Positions 11,882-24,100 of a DNA stretch of 64,000 nt are shown here, piece after piece. A program made the position numbers and the translations under genes. The stretch lies in the NCBI GenBank assembly GCA_023213395.1, contig CM041465.1, forward strand, positions 215,333,741 through 215,397,740, read 5' to 3'. The DNA comes from Cycas panzhihuaensis. Lineage: Eukaryota > Plantae > Cycadophyta. Each line of letters begins with the position of its first letter. The first letter of the stretch is position 1. The notes below the pieces were generated by a model. The model was not told where the DNA came from. It searched no databases and saw only the letters and a program-made list of their open reading frames with translations.

Positions 11882-12440
11882 AACATGATTAAGACACCAA
11901 AGTATGCATCTGATTAGAGATTATTAGTAGATATTATGTCTCACTGGAATAGGAGGATGCATGTATTCCATCTCCCACATGTGGGAGATATTTCCATCAC
12001 ACTAGGAGATATCAGGAGGATACTAGGGGTGCTAGCTGGGGGTACGCTGGCTTCTTTAGGTACCCTACCCAACACAGATGCTACTTATTGGGAGGTGGCC
12101 AAATTCTTTTACTAGGAGGAGTAGATGAGACCCCAAGGCAGTATTAGTACAGACTTTAGTCCTATCTAGAGTTCCTCAAGTAAGGAAACTCATCACCTTA
12201 GCTATTCTATTTTAGATATCCTAGAAATAGAATTATAGAGATATACTTAGAGATTGGATTACCACCATACAATGGTGTGAGGTTAGGGAGAGATTAGACT
12301 TAACTACATTGATAACAAACAACATTGTGGCTTAGCTAGACTAGATTAGGGAAATTGGGAGAGGAGGCTTCTTACATTACATGTTGCTCTAATGTTGGTT
12401 CTTTGACCACTTTGGAGGAGTGGTTCCACTAGGAGGGCCC
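11882..12440 (+). pseudogene. Plant Mobile Domain ORF relic, antisense to element C gag-pol
   Basis: The frame from 11912 reads D*RLLVDIMSHWNRRMHVFHLPHVGDISITLGDIRRILGVLAGG, matching the PMD signature ERW..ETHTFHLP.GE.TITLEDV..ILGL...G. The central part appears deleted, and a low-complexity tail runs to ~13280. Confidence 0.8.
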
Positions 12441-13411
12441 CACCCTATATCAATTAGAGCTCTTACAGTCCATTGATGATAAATATGATTCATACGTACC
12501 AAGGACCAGATGTACATGAGACACTCTATGGAAGCCACATCACTAGACCTCCCCATGCTTACTGACTACACAGTGGAACCATAAGAAGCAATCTACTAGG
12601 AGAGCAATAAGGAGGGAAGATAGTTAGAGGATGAGCCAGAGGATGGTAGAGATGAGGATGGGGGTGATGGAGATGATGGAGGTGTTGTGGCAGAGGTAAG
12701 GCCAGTAAGAGGTATAGAGAAGGGCTAGTAGAAAACCCATAGGTAAGGCCACACATAATAGCATTCACTCCTTCAATTCAGGCTTAAGATATATGGGCAG
12801 CAAAGTCTCAAGAGCTCCAGACAAGAGTGAGCCAATTGCAGCACACCTAGGATGGCCTATAGGAAGAGAGGGATTAACTAATGATAGAGAGGGATATGAT
12901 ACAAGGCCAAGTGTGAAGGCTAAAGGCTCAGACACAAGGAGAAGATGATACCAGGAGCCAAGTATAGGTTGTTGTACTAGAGGAGAGACTCTGCAAAACA
13001 AAGAGGGAGTGAGATCACTTGGCAGCCAATAGGGATCATATCCTAGTTGAGAGGGACCACCTTTAGGATCAATATGATTAATTGGTTGACCAGATGGTGA
13101 CTATGTCATCACACAGTAGGATGTACATGATTACTATGACCCAACAGAGACCTCGAGATGAGGAGAGTGAGGTAAGGACCTCACAGAGGTACTGGAGGAG
13201 ATTAAGAGGGATGTGGTCCCCTGGCGAGGGATCAGGCAGGTGAGGGGATGATATCCCCTAAGGGTATGGCATCTAGGAGATTTTTTTTATCATGCATTTT
13301 GATAGGAAAGATTCAAACCTTTAGGGAGTTTTCATCACATGTGGATATATGATTTTACTCCTCCCTATAAGGATTCTAGCTTCCTAGGGCAAACTATCGA
13401 GATGATGTACC

Positions 13412-13708
13412 TGAAAAGAGTGGATCTATCCTTCATCTCCATGCACTAAACACAAAGGCAAACATGGGAGCAAGAGAGACTTGAGAGAAAGAAAGTAGCT
13501 CTCACAAAATGGGGAGGTAAAGAATGAATCTCCTCCATTGAGCTTTACTTTTATATTGAGAGAGGGAGCATTTGAGTTAGGTGAAATGAAATTACACATA
13601 ATGCACATGAAAGTGCATTTCACTTAAGTGATCTAATTTAAAGTTCACTTAAGCCCTTTTTCAAAATAATCAACTAATGTAATGACCTTATGTCATTAAC
13701 CCTTTTCA
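13412..13708 (-). repeat. 3' LTR of the young Copia (297 bp)
   Basis: TGAAAAG...CTTTTCA. The adjacent ATCTCCCCCTT (13709-13719) is the PPT AAGGGGGAGAT on the minus strand. Confidence 0.97.
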
Positions 13709-14015
13709 ATCTCCCCCTTAATGGTAGAAGGTCATTTCATTCTATTTTATTCTATCCTATGAGGTCTTCATTTGAGCCTCTTACAAAGCAAACTAGTATG
13801 ATACTTTTGTGGGAAACCCTCATGGGGAAGAAAACCCACAAATTTTCTAATCTACTAACTTTGGCTCAGCGACTCTTTAAATGTAGCCAGATAGCCAATC
13901 AATACAATAAATTTTGTAGCTGAAATCTACTGAGTCTCCATATACCATTTGGTCATCCCCCATGCCCTTTCGGGTTTTCACAGGTTTCGATTTTCTAAAA
14001 TGATACAACCCTTAT

Positions 14016-14113
14016 CCTTTCGCGCCCACATGGGGTTTTCACGAATGGGATAGAGCAGAGACTTACTCTTGTCCTTCCGCGCCCACAAGGGGTTTTCACG
14101 AATGAGACAGAGT
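14016..14113. repeat. Two ~58-bp tandem copies in the Copia 3'UTR
   Basis: CCTTYCGCGCCCACAWGGGGTTTTCACGAATGRGAYAGAG occurs twice, with a partial third copy near 13965-13985. Confidence 0.8.
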
Positions 14114-14141
14114 ATGATGGTCCTATTGTCATCTCCTTCAA

Positions 14142-17100
14142 TCAGTCAGAGATGGAGGCCCTAAGGCTGAGTTGCTTTCGGAATTGTTCAAACTTCACCC
14201 TCTTCAGTGGTTTGGTGAAGATATCGGCCACTTGATCTGCTGTGGGGCAGTACTCCAATTGAATTGTGCCATCATGAACTAGTTCTCTAATCTTGTGGAC
14301 TTTTGTACTTATATGTTTGGTACGATCATGAAATACATGATTTTTAGCCATCTGGATTGTAGATTGATTATCAACATGTAAGCTAGTAGAACTTGTTTGG
14401 GTGGCATTTAATGTATTCAACAATTTTCTAAGCCATATCACCTCCTTGCTTGTCTCAGAAGCAGCAATGTACTCAGCTTCAGCAGTTGAGTCTGCAACTA
14501 TCTTCTGCCGTATCTCCATGATATTGGTCTTTGTTCCAAGAAATGTTACGTGCCAGGGCGTAGATCTTCCTATGTCTTTATCTCCCAAAGTCCGAGTGCA
14601 TGTATGCATAAAGTTTAAATTACGCATTGGGTTCATACAATGCACCATATTTGCTAGTCGTCTTTAGGTACCTCAACACTGTATTGCGACGCAATGATTA
14701 CGCTTAGGATTTGTCATGAATCTTGCAAGAATGCTTGAAGAGTGTGCAATATCTAGCCTTGTGTTGGTAGTATAGATGAGACTACCTACAAGTTGCTCAG
14801 AGTGTTAAATGCGCCTCCCTATTGTCACCATCAATCGAGAGCTTAATATTAGGCTCCATAGGTGTATCCACCGGTCGAGCACCTTCCAACCGAAACTTTG
14901 TCAAGATCGTTGATATATTTTTCTTGGGAGAGAAAGATTTTGCCATCCTTTTGAGTTACTTCAATTCCCAAGTAATATTTCATCAACCCGAGGTCAGACA
15001 ATTCAAAAGTTTTAGCAAGGTCCTTCTTCACCGGTGATTACTGCTCACTATTCCCCGTTATGAGCATGTCATCCACAAAGATTAAGAGGTAAGTGACTTT
15101 ATCATTTTGGCGCTTGATGAATAATGTTGCATCAATATCTTGATAGTCACAAACCTCATATCCAAGTTGCCTCATTCTTTCAGACAACTTGGTAAACCAA
15201 GCACGAGGGGCTTGCTTTAGGCCGTATAAGGACTTTTTGAGCCTACAAACTTTATGTTCTTAACCATCAATCTCGTATCCTTCTGGCTGAGCCATGTAAA
15301 TTTCTTCTTTAAGGTCCCCATTGAGAAATGCGGTCTTAACATCGAGTTGGTGGATTTTCCAACTCGCTGAGCGACCAAGGCTATTAGAGTTCTGATTGTA
15401 GGCCACTTGGTTGTAGGAGCAAAGATTTCAGTGTAGTCAATGCCTTCCCTTTGCGTGAATCCTTTTGCTACCAACCTCGCCTTGTGTTTTTCTAGGGTGC
15501 CATCTGATCTATACTTGTTTTTGAACACCCATTTATTTTGAACTACCTTTCTTCCAAGTGGTAGATCAACAAGCTCCCATGTACCGTTCTTAATAAGAGA
15601 TTGATACTCTTCGTTCATGGCATTTCTCCAAGCTGCATGCTTCTGACTTCTTGGTATGTTAGGGGCTCTTCATTAAGAGCAAGATGCGATTCTATTTGGT
15701 TCAAGCTCAACGGAAAGTGATTCATGCATCCTTGCTCTATGGGCACTTCTAGTGCCAATTTTGCCTACCTCATCTGGTCGCATGTCCTTGTGTAGCTGGT
15801 AGGCTTCATGAAAACCTCGAGTTGGGAATGAAGTTTTCATTTCTACAACCTCTTGATCTTCATTTTGATCCTGAAAAGGATCATGTGAAATATTTGGCAC
15901 GGAGGAAGTTGACGATCTTTGGAGAAGCTGGGCCAGCCATAGATGTTGGAGAAGATGATCCTTCTGCTATGGCTTTACCTTTGTCAACTTGGCTGTTCAC
16001 AAATGATGGTGCTGGATGTGTACACATTGGATTGGAGTCACAACTTGTATCCTCCGAGGCTCTATTGTCGATTCAAGATTTTAAGCATCTGCTCAAAGAT
16101 CTCCCCTAAATTTTGGAATCTGGACATCAAATTCGAGAGCATCATTAAATCGGTATGAAGGCGTCTTGGAGTCAAGTCCGAGTAATTGATCTTGATCTCT
16201 GCAAAGATAACATCTCTAGTGATGATGATTTTGCGCTCTAAAGGTATAAAACCTTGTATCCCTTTTTGTCCATAGGGTATCCGACAAAGATGCCTTTGAT
16301 GGCTCTATCTTGGAGCTTATTTCTATGTTCTGCAAAATATGAGCATAACAAGTAGAGCCAAAAATTCAAGTCACGAGATAGAGGGGTTTGTCCATACCAC
16401 ATTTCATGTGGAGAGGGGCCGAGCTTGGAGGGACTAACGGTGTTGATACAATACATAGCGATCTAGATAGCCTCGGCCCAAAGATAGATAGGGACATTCT
16501 TATATACCAAAGATAGCACGAGCCATATTCATGATGGTCCTGCTCATACGCTCGGCAACTCCATTTCTTTGGGGTGTACACCTGTGATGGTCCGATGTTT
16601 GATTCCACGTTGACGTGAGTACGATTCAAACTCATTGGATGTGTACTCGCCACCATTGTCGATCCACGAGTATTTTGATCTTGAATCCGATTCATTTTCC
16701 ATGCGCCTTGAAAGCTTGAAACATAGAAAAAGCTTCATCTTTCTTTGCAAGAAAAGCAACCTATACTTTCTTGGTAAAATCATCAATGAAAGTAATATAG
16801 TACCACTTCTATTTGATAGAAGGGATGGGCATAGGACCGCATATATCTGAGTGTACAAGCTGCAAAGGTTAGGTAGATTTCCACTGACTACGAGGAAAGG
16901 GTTGTCTTTGAGATTTAGCAATAATACATGGTTCACATTTAAAGGGCTTGGAGGGGAACTTAGGCAAACCAGGAAGAGTGTCTTGTAGTTCTCTTAAACG
17001 ATCAATTTTGATATGGCCCATACGAGCATGCCATAGAGCTGCTTGGGACAACTTTTGAGGAGTCAGGGTTGTGGTAAAAATAAATTCATCATCAACATAG

Positions 17101-18383
17101 TTGGCTTCAGAGGATGGTGAGCCAGTTAGGCGAAAAAGTTTGCCATCACCATTGAAAGAACTGGCGATACCAAGTCATGTGTTGTGTTGCTCCAGTATCC
17201 ATGATCCACGATGAAGTATTTGAGGTAGCACTATTTGCAACTCCAAGTGGTGAAGGCAAAAGTGAATAAGCATAGCCACAATGAGCCTCAATATACTTAG
17301 TGGATCTATCAACAACATTTGATGAAGTGGTCCCAATTCTTTGAAGGTGTGCATGAGCAAATTGCGTTCCACCAAAAGCATCTTCAAAAGATGTATTATC
17401 AACATTATGTGCACCATGGCGCTGATAACTTGGTAGTTTGTTGGTGGCGCTTACGCAATTTTGGCATAATGTCCTCTTCTATTATACCTTTGGCACACGA
17501 TTGTTTGATTTCGGTCAAGTATTAATTTGGCTAGATTGTCTCGATTCTTGGATCTAGGTCCGGTTGATTATTTGCCCTTGGCCTTGAGACTATTTTTGTT
17601 GGAATTGAGGAGCACATTGACTAAGAGGACGTTGTCCTTGTTGTCTACCTCTTCCTCTTCCACGGAATTACCACCTCTACAAGAGTATTGACCTTGATTT
17701 TTGGTGTAACAAAGATCTTCTTCCACTTCAAAAGTAGCATCAATTGGATCTGATGTAGTGGCAAAGTTGGTATCAAATGTCTTATCAAATTCAATGAACT
17801 TATCGAGAAGATCCTCAAAGTTTAGGGTCTTTAAAGTTCCTTTGGATTGAAGACTCCCAATAGATTTTTATAATCGGGATATGGAGACATGATCGAATCA
17901 AGAAAGCCCATGTAATGCATTGAGTTTTAAAATCTTTATCAATGGCTTGCTTGATTGGACGAAGGAGATTGATTATCTCACTTGCATGTCCTTTTCGCAT
18001 TTTCAATTTGTTCATCTTCAACACTAAGTGAACAAATTCTAAGTCGATTTAGTGTCAAAGTTCTTCTTAAGAACTTCAAGAACTTTCCATGCCGTATCAT
18101 GTACAACTTCATCAATGAGATTATGCAGGAATAATCGGTGACAAGCGATATCCCGCACGGATTTTATCATCATCAAGTTCCCATTGGCGTTTAGCTTGAT
18201 GGGAGCGGTTGGAGCACCTCTGCTGAAGCGGTTGTGGTAGTATGCAGCAGGTGGTGTAGGTTGTAAGTGATCTCTCCATAGACCTTCATACTTTGCAGCA
18301 TTTATGACACCAGTGAACCACATGTCCCAATTTTCTTTCCCTTTTAGAATGCAGTTCACATTTTGCTTGAACTGTGAAGACAT
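14142..18383 (-). pseudogene. Copia gag-pol with multiple frameshifts and a protease deletion
   Basis: Gag N-terminus LKGKENWDMW; decayed zinc knuckle CQRYNRRGHYAKNC; protease WIMDTGATQHMT (~17172-17208); LWHARMGH...CEPC; integrase IDNGGEY; RT KARLVAKGFTQREGIDY and FVDD (15068-15079); RNase H STAEAEY...HVDNQS...DQVADIFTK. Confidence 0.93.
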
Positions 18384-18546
18384 TGTGTCTTTTAGAAGGG
18401 AAGAAATGAACAAGGGACTATAAAAGTGATGGTAATAAATGACCAATCACTATTTACAAATGGGAAATGTAATGAAGTAGTGTAGAAGAAGGAAGAAGAA
18501 GTGAGAATGGTTGCTCAAAGATGAAGGGAGCAACTTAGAGAAAAGT

Positions 18547-18673
18547 CACCAACACTTGTGACAAATATTAACTTTGACGCAAAGGAATATGAGAAGCACT
18601 ATGATAAAAATTGGCCACTAACACTTGTGGCAAATATTAACTGACGCAGCAGAATATGAGAAGCACTATGATT
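18547..18673. repeat. ~68-bp tandem duplication in the Copia 5' leader
   Basis: CACYAACACTTGTGRCAAATATTAAC...GACGCA...GAATATGAGAAGCACTATGAT occurs twice. Confidence 0.85.
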
Positions 18674-19570
18674 GTGATTACACTATGGATCACTTTTACA
18701 AATAAGTAAGTGATCAATATACAAGATTAGGCCAATGTAGAAGTTGACATCATTGGGTTTACACAACTTGAAACTCGAATGTAGGATGCGTAATCAACCC
18801 AATAACCTCTAACTTGTGTCCAACGTGTAGTTGAGGTTGTTGAAGGGATGCCTAGGCTTCTAGTAGAATTAATTTGGCCTTCACCCATGATACATAATCG
18901 TGCTTGGTGATGAAATCCAAGTCACAACGAGACTCAGTACTCCCAATCCTCACCCAGTTCACCAATGAGCAGTTATACCTCCTCTAAAGAGTGGTACGTG
19001 CATACCCATGGCTATGGCGAATATTGGATCGGGTACATTTTAATCTTGTATTAAAGTCTCAGTTTTCCCGTTTGGTTATCAGGATGATCCCTGATTGAGG
19101 CACGATGGTATGGCTAACCAAACCTCACCAATATTAGGTTTAGTCCAGTCCCAACTTGAAACCCACACCTCCTTTATGGCACGGCATTCTGCCAACCAAG
19201 GTATCTCAACCTTGGCGAGTGTGTGAACAGGTACAAGATGGCGGAAAATAACGTACGTGATGTTCCTTTTATGAAGAGTGAAAAGATTATCGAATTGCAT
19301 CAAACGTACATTTAACTGAAAATAATGCTTGCTTGGAGTGCTTTTGGAGTGCTTTTGGAGTGCTTGCTTGAAGTGTCTTTGTGTGCTTACTTTGAGTGAT
19401 TTTAGAGTGCTGAAATGCAATGATAATAAGTGAGTGAGGACACGGATATTGCTCTGATCCGTGTGTTTTTCTCACTTTTACAATGGGCTTTTAAGCCTTA
19501 TAAAAAGGAAGAAATTTTCTTCACTTTTTTTTTATTTTTTTGTTAATACAAAAAAAGTACTCTTTACTAA

Positions 19571-19905
19571 ATCTGCAATAACTTTCTCCCACGATGTCAA
19601 AATGGAGTGCCGATTTTTGTGCTACAAACTAGACTCAGAGCTTCATCTTCAAGAAGTGGAATCAGGTCCAAATGAGTTCTGGAAAGTTTTGGACAGCCCC
19701 GCAAAGTTAGGAAATTATATTTTTCTAGAATTGTTACTAAAAATAACTATTGTTCACTAAAACAGCAATAACTTCCTCATACGACATCCAAATTAGGTGC
19801 CGGTTTTTGCACTGGAAAGTAGACTCAGAGCCCCATCTTTGAAAATTGGAATCACTTCAATTAGATCTCTGTAGAAAATTTTGTAGACCTGTGAAGTTCA
19901 GTAAT
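19571..19905. repeat. Diverged ~190-bp tandem duplication in the Copia 5' leader
   Basis: GCAATAACTT...ACGA...GTGCCG.TTTT...TAGACTCAGAGC..CATCTT...TGGAATCA at ~19575 and ~19765. Confidence 0.75.
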
Positions 19906-20400
19906 CAAATTGTATTTCTACAGAAATTTCAGCTTGCTAATATCTCATTAACACATGATACCATATGAAATTTCCATCATTTTTTGATCACCAGGATCCC
20001 AATATGGGCAAGGTGAGAGCATACAATGACGGATATTTTCAATGGCTCAAAATTCTTTAAAAAAAATGGGTAAAAACTCCCCTTACAATCATTCTTCTAA
20101 ATGCTGGAAAAATTTTGAAAGATTTCCCTTGTTAAGTGGACAACAAGGAGGGAAAGAAAGGAAGAATGAGATAGCATGAATGGCCAGCAAAGGATTGGAA
20201 TCCTTGGGCCTTACAACTCCTTGTATTATGCTTCCAAACCTGCAAAAGAGAAAGGAAAAGCAAACAATACAAAATATGCTATCATAATAACTTGAAAATA
20301 TTTCTAAATTCACTTTCACAATCTCCTTCACCACATGGATTGTGGGAGAAGGAAGTGATGGCTCCATTGCAAGTGCAAGTGGGGAATATGAAGGAAGCAA

Positions 20401-20412
20401 GCTCTGATACCA
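20401..20412 (-). other. Primer binding site (tRNA-iMet) of the young Copia
   Basis: TGGTATCAGAGC on the minus strand, 2 nt from the 5' LTR. Confidence 0.95.
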
Positions 20413-20414
20413 CA

Positions 20415-20712
20415 TGAAAAGAGTGGATCTATCCTTCATCTCCATGCACTAAACACAAAGGCAAACATGGGAGAAAGAGAGACTTGAGAGAAAGAAAGTA
20501 GCTCTCACAAAATGGGGAGGTAAAGAATGAATCTCCTCCATTGAGCTTTACTTTTATATTGAGAGAGGGAGCATTTGAGTTAGGTGAAATGAAATTACAC
20601 ATAATACACATGAAAGTGTATTTCACTTAAGTGATCTAATTTAAAGTTCACTTAAGACCCTTTTTCGAAATAATCAACTAATGTAATGACCTTATGTCAT
20701 TAACCCTTTTCA
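20415..20712 (-). repeat. 5' LTR of the young Copia (298 bp)
   Basis: Near-identical to 13412-13708. Confidence 0.97.
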
Positions 20713-21169
20713 GTACCATATTGACCATGATGTACCATATGATTTTGATATATATATATATATAGCCAGGGGACACATTGGTACCCTATTTGATATATGA
20801 TGATGTTGTTTATATATCCATGATGCTGTTATTTTGTGATTTTATTTGTGATATAGATTATTTTATTTATGATGATATATAGAGATGGACATGAGCATAT
20901 ATGGATATGAGTGCACAGATGCACGAGGGATTATGCACTTAAATGGTTTTAATTTGATTATTATATTATGGTTTTGGTTGCATTATATGTAGATGATACT
21001 CACATGCTTCCTTTTAGGAAATACTACACTCGTACTAGGCACACACTTGCACCACGTATATAAATGGTTATGCATGAGACTAGGTGAGGGCGCCAGACAT
21101 GTTCCTCAGATGGAATGAGGTGGATATGCTAAGGAAGTAATAGTTGGGGTATGGATACCTAAACAAAAA

Positions 21170-24100
21170 GGACTAGGTTAGGAAGTGACTCCATGCTAGG
21201 AAGTGAATGAGGTTCACTCACAAAGTTCATCAACCTCCTTATTATAAAATGGTATACCATTATCTATGATTAGAATATCTGGGACCCTAAATCAATAAAT
21301 AATGTACTGATAGATAAAGGTGACAATAGTCTTGTTGGTGGTAGATGACAATAGGACTACTTTAGCCCATTTGGTAAAGTATTCTATTGTGGTTAAGATG
21401 AACTTATATTGCAATGATGAAGGTGGAGTTATGACTCTAATAAGGTCTAATCCCCATTAGGAAAAAGGCCATGGGGAAATGATAGGATGCAGGGCATCAA
21501 AAGGCAAGTGGATGACATTAGTGTCTCTTAGCACCTTTAGCAATGTAACACATAGGCATGGGCATCCTTAAAGAGGAACAACTAGTAGTAGCTCATGTGG
21601 AGGATCCTCTGGGCCATAAATTGGCCTCCAAAATGGCCCCCACAAATTCCACTATGAACTCATGGAGGATTTGGCTTACTTCATTAGGGTTATCACAGTG
21701 AAGGAGGATTCCATCAAAGGATCTCTTATGCAATACCTCCTTTATGAGGAAATATTGCCTAGCTATATCCCTAACTCGTGATTTTACCTTGTTGCTAGTT
21801 TTAGGAAAGTATCACTGCTAGGTAAGATATTGCATAATATCCCAATACCATTCACCATTAGCTAGTGGATGGGGTGATGAGTCTTGGATAGTCAGGATAG
21901 GCTTGTCAAGCAAAGAATCATCAACTAGAAGGTTTGAAAGGTTAAGAATATAGGCATCAGCTAGTTGCTCGGCAATCACCATTCCTTTCTTTGATTTTCT
22001 ATTAATGATTTTGAGGTTGTATTCTTAAAAGAGAATGGTTTATTTACCTATCCTTCCAATCAAGTTAGATCAGGTCAAAAAGTACCTTAACAAATCAAAT
22101 TTGACGATCATGTAAGTAGCATTTTCGAGGAGGTAATGCCTAAACTTCTTGGCCACATCAACCAAGGCTAGAAATTCTTTTTTGAGAGAAGGATAGTTAA
22201 GCTTAACTACAATTAATATGCAGCTGATAAAATATATGACATGCTTAGTTCCTGAATCATCTTCTTAGGCTAGCATGGCTCCTAAGGATTCATCAGTAGT
22301 TGAGGTATAAAGGATGAATGGATGATCAAAGAGAGAGGGAACTATGATCAAGGCAAATTCCAAGGCCTTTTTGAGCTCTTGGAATGCTTCCTAAGCTTTA
22401 GTAGACCATACAAATGGTGGCCCCTTCTTTAAAAGGTTTGTTAGAGGCTTGGCATTTATGGCAAAGTTTCATTTTAAGTGGGGCCATATTAAGGATGGCT
22501 TTGACCTTGTTAGGGACAATTTAGATTTCTTGCTTGGAAACAAGGAAACCTAAAAGCTTGTTGGCAGTCACAAAAAACATGCATTTGAGCGAGTTTAAAC
22601 TGACATGGTATTTACAACATCGTGTAAAGATAACATGTAAATCCTCAGGGTGGTGTGCTCTCTTATGAGAGAGGCCTATCATGTCATCCATGAAAACCTC
22701 AAGAGTCTTGTTTATGAGATTATGGAAGACAAATTGCATCACCCTTTGATAAGTAATGCCTATATTTTTTAGCCCAAAAGGCATTGCCTTATTGGCAAAT
22801 ATGCCCTATGGGGTAGTGAAGGTTGTTTTGTGGTGGTCTTTAGGAGATATTTGTATTTGGTTATACTCAAAGAATCCATCCATCAAGGACATGACTTCAA
22901 AATTGATTATTCGATTGATGATTTAATCAATCAACATGAGAAGGAAGTTGTCTTTAGGGCATGCATTATTTATGTCTAAGAAGTCAATGTAGATCTGGAT
23001 CATTCCATTCTTTTTAACAATAGGAACGATATTAGAAACCCACTTGGGGTAATCAATGGAAGTGAATAGTCTTGCATCCAGGAGCTTTTCCACTTCTATC
23101 TTCACTACAATAAACAGTTTGGGATGGAGAGGGTGCTTCTTTTGCCCTACAAAGTGGGTGCCTGGGATAGTTATGAGGTTGTGTGTAACAATAGAGAGAT
23201 CTATTCCCTTCATGTCTGAATAGTCCAATGCAAAGACATTGCGAATCTCTTGGAAAAGGAGGGTATACTCCTCCACTTCTTCATGTGAACATTCTACTCC
23301 TACCTTTATGACCTTACCAAGGGTAAGGATGATATCCTTAGTTACCCCCATGTACATGGCATTCCCCTCTTCAAAATAGAGGGGGGATTGGTCAATAGAG
23401 GGAGGTAAAGGAGTCTTAGACTGATCTGGGTCAGCTAGGGGCAACCCTAAGGCTAAGATCTTTTAGAAACCAAGCTTATGGTGACCAGTAGGGATATTAG
23501 GTATGGAGCTCACTAGATGCTCTAATAGAGCCTCATCATTCTCAAAATAATCTATCATGTTGATAGTCTTGCTTAGAGGTGATAAGGAATGAAAGGAAGG
23601 AGGAGCAATGGGCCTGTGACAATTAACCCACTACTCCACATAATCCAAAGACTCCTTAGAAGAGTCAGAAGACACCCTCTTGTGTCATGGAATAGGAGGC
23701 TCCTTATCCTCATTGTCTAAGGAGGATGATAAGGTGCAGGGAACAGATGATAAAGGAGCACAAGATTCTATGCATGTGATAGGTGTGACCATATGTGACT
23801 CCCTAAATACTACAAGAGTGCTACACTCCTCTAATAAGGCCCTAGGCTAGGACTCATGACTAGATAGGTGATGAAGAAAGTGCCCCTAATAGATGCTAAG
23901 GAGAGATATGGGCTGAGGGGGATCCTTATCCTTGGCATCAAACTCATGGTCACTCAAAATAGTGAGGCATCCATAACTCCCAACACCAATGGAGGCAAAG
24001 TGGATGAGGTTTAAGGAGGAAGGGGGTGGCCCTTCCTTTGATCTAGAACTACTAGGGATATTATTCATACAAGTGGAAGCATAGGTGGATGGGTCCTTGC

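Larger units (their letters stand above)
13412..20712 (-). mobile_element. Young full-length but defective Ty1/Copia element
   Basis: TG...CA LTRs at 13412-13708 and 20415-20712 differ by 4 substitutions and 1 indel. Perfect TSD GTACC (13407-13411 and 20713-20717), tRNA-iMet PBS, PPT, and gag-PR-INT-RT-RH order. Confidence 0.97.

Noticed and set aside
13426-13623. Duplicated 65-aa ORF (also 20429-20626), and duplicated ORFs at 7.2-9.4 kb and 28-30.3 kb
   Set aside because: Chance ORFs inside LTR pairs with no protein motifs.
19079-19420. 113-aa ORF in the Copia leader as an extra gene
   Set aside because: Its N-terminus is a translation of short TTGGAGTGCT repeats and there is no recognisable domain. 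It cannot be supported without homologues.
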